Source: Okamejei kenojei (taxonomy: Eukaryota). From it: 64,000 nt of DNA. The notes under the pieces were generated by a model that did not search any database, had not been told where the DNA came from, and was given only the letters and a program-made list of their open reading frames with translations. Of the stretch, positions 62,200-64,000 are shown in pieces. The stretch lies in NCBI GenBank assembly GCA_035221665.1, contig CM069133.1, positions 96,596,001 through 96,660,000 on the forward strand, given 5' to 3'. Within the stretch, counting starts at the first letter, position 1. The number at the start of each line of letters is the position of its first letter. A program made the translations under genes and the position numbers.

Positions 62200-63743
62200 C
62201 AGGCAGGTGCCGTGAGTAATTACTCAGGGTAGGCAGTCAGCCGGCTTTTTAAAAAAAAAAACTTAAACCGCGCATGCGCAGATTATTCTCTTCGTAAAAA
62301 ATAAGTAACAATTCAATTTTATCAAGGCTTCTCAATCTCCTTCATTTTCTAATCACTGAATGGGTGAGGGGCGGAGGATGAAGGCAGGTGGAGAGATGGT
62401 GGGAAAAACGGGAGCACACCGGGACGTTGAACCAGTTGTCATCTTATTGAATGACAATACTAATTCAAGGATCCATTTGGAGGGAGCGTTCCTTTCACAG
62501 CGTGTGGAGAGTCTGTGCCAGGGGTTAATGATGCGGGGAGGGCAGGAGTGTTGAAAAGGAGGGGGTCAGAGATCATATCAGTAACTCACTCACCGCTGCC
62601 GCAGCGCTCCGGGCATGGACAGCAGAACTGGCCGCCACTTCCGAGGATAGAAGCAGCTCGGGTGCGTGCAGCCACCGGGACCCGACAACAGAACCGGCTG
62701 CCACTTCAGCGCCTTCTGCCGGCCCGCTCACCTCTGGCAGTGCTCTCCGTCTGAACATCTCTCACCTGCCGCTCGCCGGCTTCGCTCATGTCAACCGCAT
62801 CCCGCAAATCCTTAAATTCCCACAGCTGAGTAACCTCAACTGGTCCCGTGAACGCGCTGTCGGAATTTAAAGATTTGCGGGATGCCACCGGCGAGCGGCA
62901 GGTGAGAGATGTTCAGACGGAAAGCACAGCCAGAGGAGACGGGGACTAGCAGACGGGGCTGAAGTGGCAGGGTCCCGGCGGCCGCTCAAAGTCAGTCACC
63001 CGAGCTGCTTCCTTCCTCGGAAGTGGCGGCCAGTTGTGCTGTCTGTGCCCGGAGCGCTGCGGCAGCCACCCAAGCTAATTCACTCCCCGGCCACAATAAA
63101 ACCATATAGCAATTATAGCACGGAAACAGGCCATCTCCGCCCTTTTACTCCGTGCAGAACACTTACTCTCACCTAGTCCCATCTACCTGCATTCAGAGCG
63201 GAGTGTGGCAAGTGGGTTACTGACCCCGAACCTGTCCTTCACAACGCCAGACTCCCCAAACACTGTGAACGGAGCTCTCCCCCCCCCACCCCGGGAAATA
63301 CAGTATTTACAAAAATTAAGCACCAAGAAATGCACTTACCACGTTATTGGTAGATTAAGTCCATTCTTCACTCTTTGTTTCCTGAGAAACTCTTAAAATA
63401 ATGGCAATCCATATTCAAAAATCCCACCAAGAAACTCGCGCTGGGCATGCGCAGTATACTGCTGCGCCTGCGCAGTACTGCAAAGGCAGAATTTCTGCTG
63501 CCTTCAACTCCCCTTGAAACTGACGGCTCAGACAGCGCTGACGGCACGTGGACTGCACAGCCCTTCCCGTGTTACAAGCGCTGCGGACGAAAGGCACGGA
63601 GAATTATGCCTACCTAAGAGATCCATCTCTTAGAGAGGCATAATTCTCCCATGCCTTTACTATTTATATTTAATAATTGCCATTTCATAATTTTAGTCAG
63701 GGTAGGCAGTGCCTACCTTGCCTACCCTGACGGCACGTGCCTG
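62200..63743. mobile_element. Non-autonomous hAT-like DNA transposon (1544 bp)
   Basis: 14-bp TIR CAGGCA(G/C)GTGCCGT, perfect 8-bp TSD CTACCTAC (62192-62199 and 63744-63751), subterminal GGGTAGGCA repeats. Confidence 0.88.
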
Positions 63744-63751
63744 CTACCTAC

Positions 63752-64000
63752 CCTTGATATTCAATAACATTACCACCCCCAAATCATCAATATCCTGGGA
63801 TTCACCATTGTCCAGAACCTCAACTAGAACTCCCATACAAATACTATAGCTACAACAACAGGTCAGGGGCTGAATATCCCGTGGCAAATGATCCTCCTTT
63901 TGACACCCAATTCATTACCACCAGCTACAAGGCAAAAGTCATGAGATTCATGACATTCACTTCACTTGCCTGGTTGTGTGCAATGCCAATGACTTTCATA
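63752..64000 (+). mobile_element. Degenerate CR1/L2-group RT C-terminal fragment that hosts the hAT insertion
   Basis: Encodes INILGFTIVQNLN*NSHTNTIATTTGQGLNI and joins the sequence at ~62165-62199. Confidence 0.55.

Noticed and set aside
63340-63381. Minus-strand 42-nt mini-exon (TTTCTCAG...GTAAGT) inside the hAT-like element
   Set aside because: No adjoining transposase sequence; could be chance.

Overview
This is eukaryotic, not prokaryotic, DNA: a repeat-dominated intergenic or intronic vertebrate region. The repeat set (HE1/V-SINE-type SINEs, CR1 3' ends, Penelope terminal repeats) suggests a cartilaginous fish, probably a skate or ray (inference). No intact host gene is recognisable. 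Main contents: a near-full-length L1 (ORF1 open, ORF2 decayed); many CR1, Rex1/Babar, RTE, Tx1 and Penelope fragments; a near-intact Tc1 DD34E transposon; a non-autonomous Helitron; a non-autonomous hAT-like element with an 8-bp TSD and a ~470-bp internal palindrome; P-superfamily-like miniature elements; and an orphan, frameshifted copper amine oxidase (AOC) exon fragment. Most notable observations: (1) minimal type-I hammerhead ribozyme cores in Penelope terminal repeats, several with all core nucleotides intact; (2) a 32-bp TIR-to-TIR remnant with a perfect 8-bp TSD that resembles a P-element excision footprint; (3) an AOC fragment ending exactly at a P-like element end; (4) a non-autonomous retroelement family with a CTCF-like head and different 3' tails. 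Coordinates of degraded repeats are approximate; TIR, TSD and ribozyme-core coordinates were read directly from the sequence.
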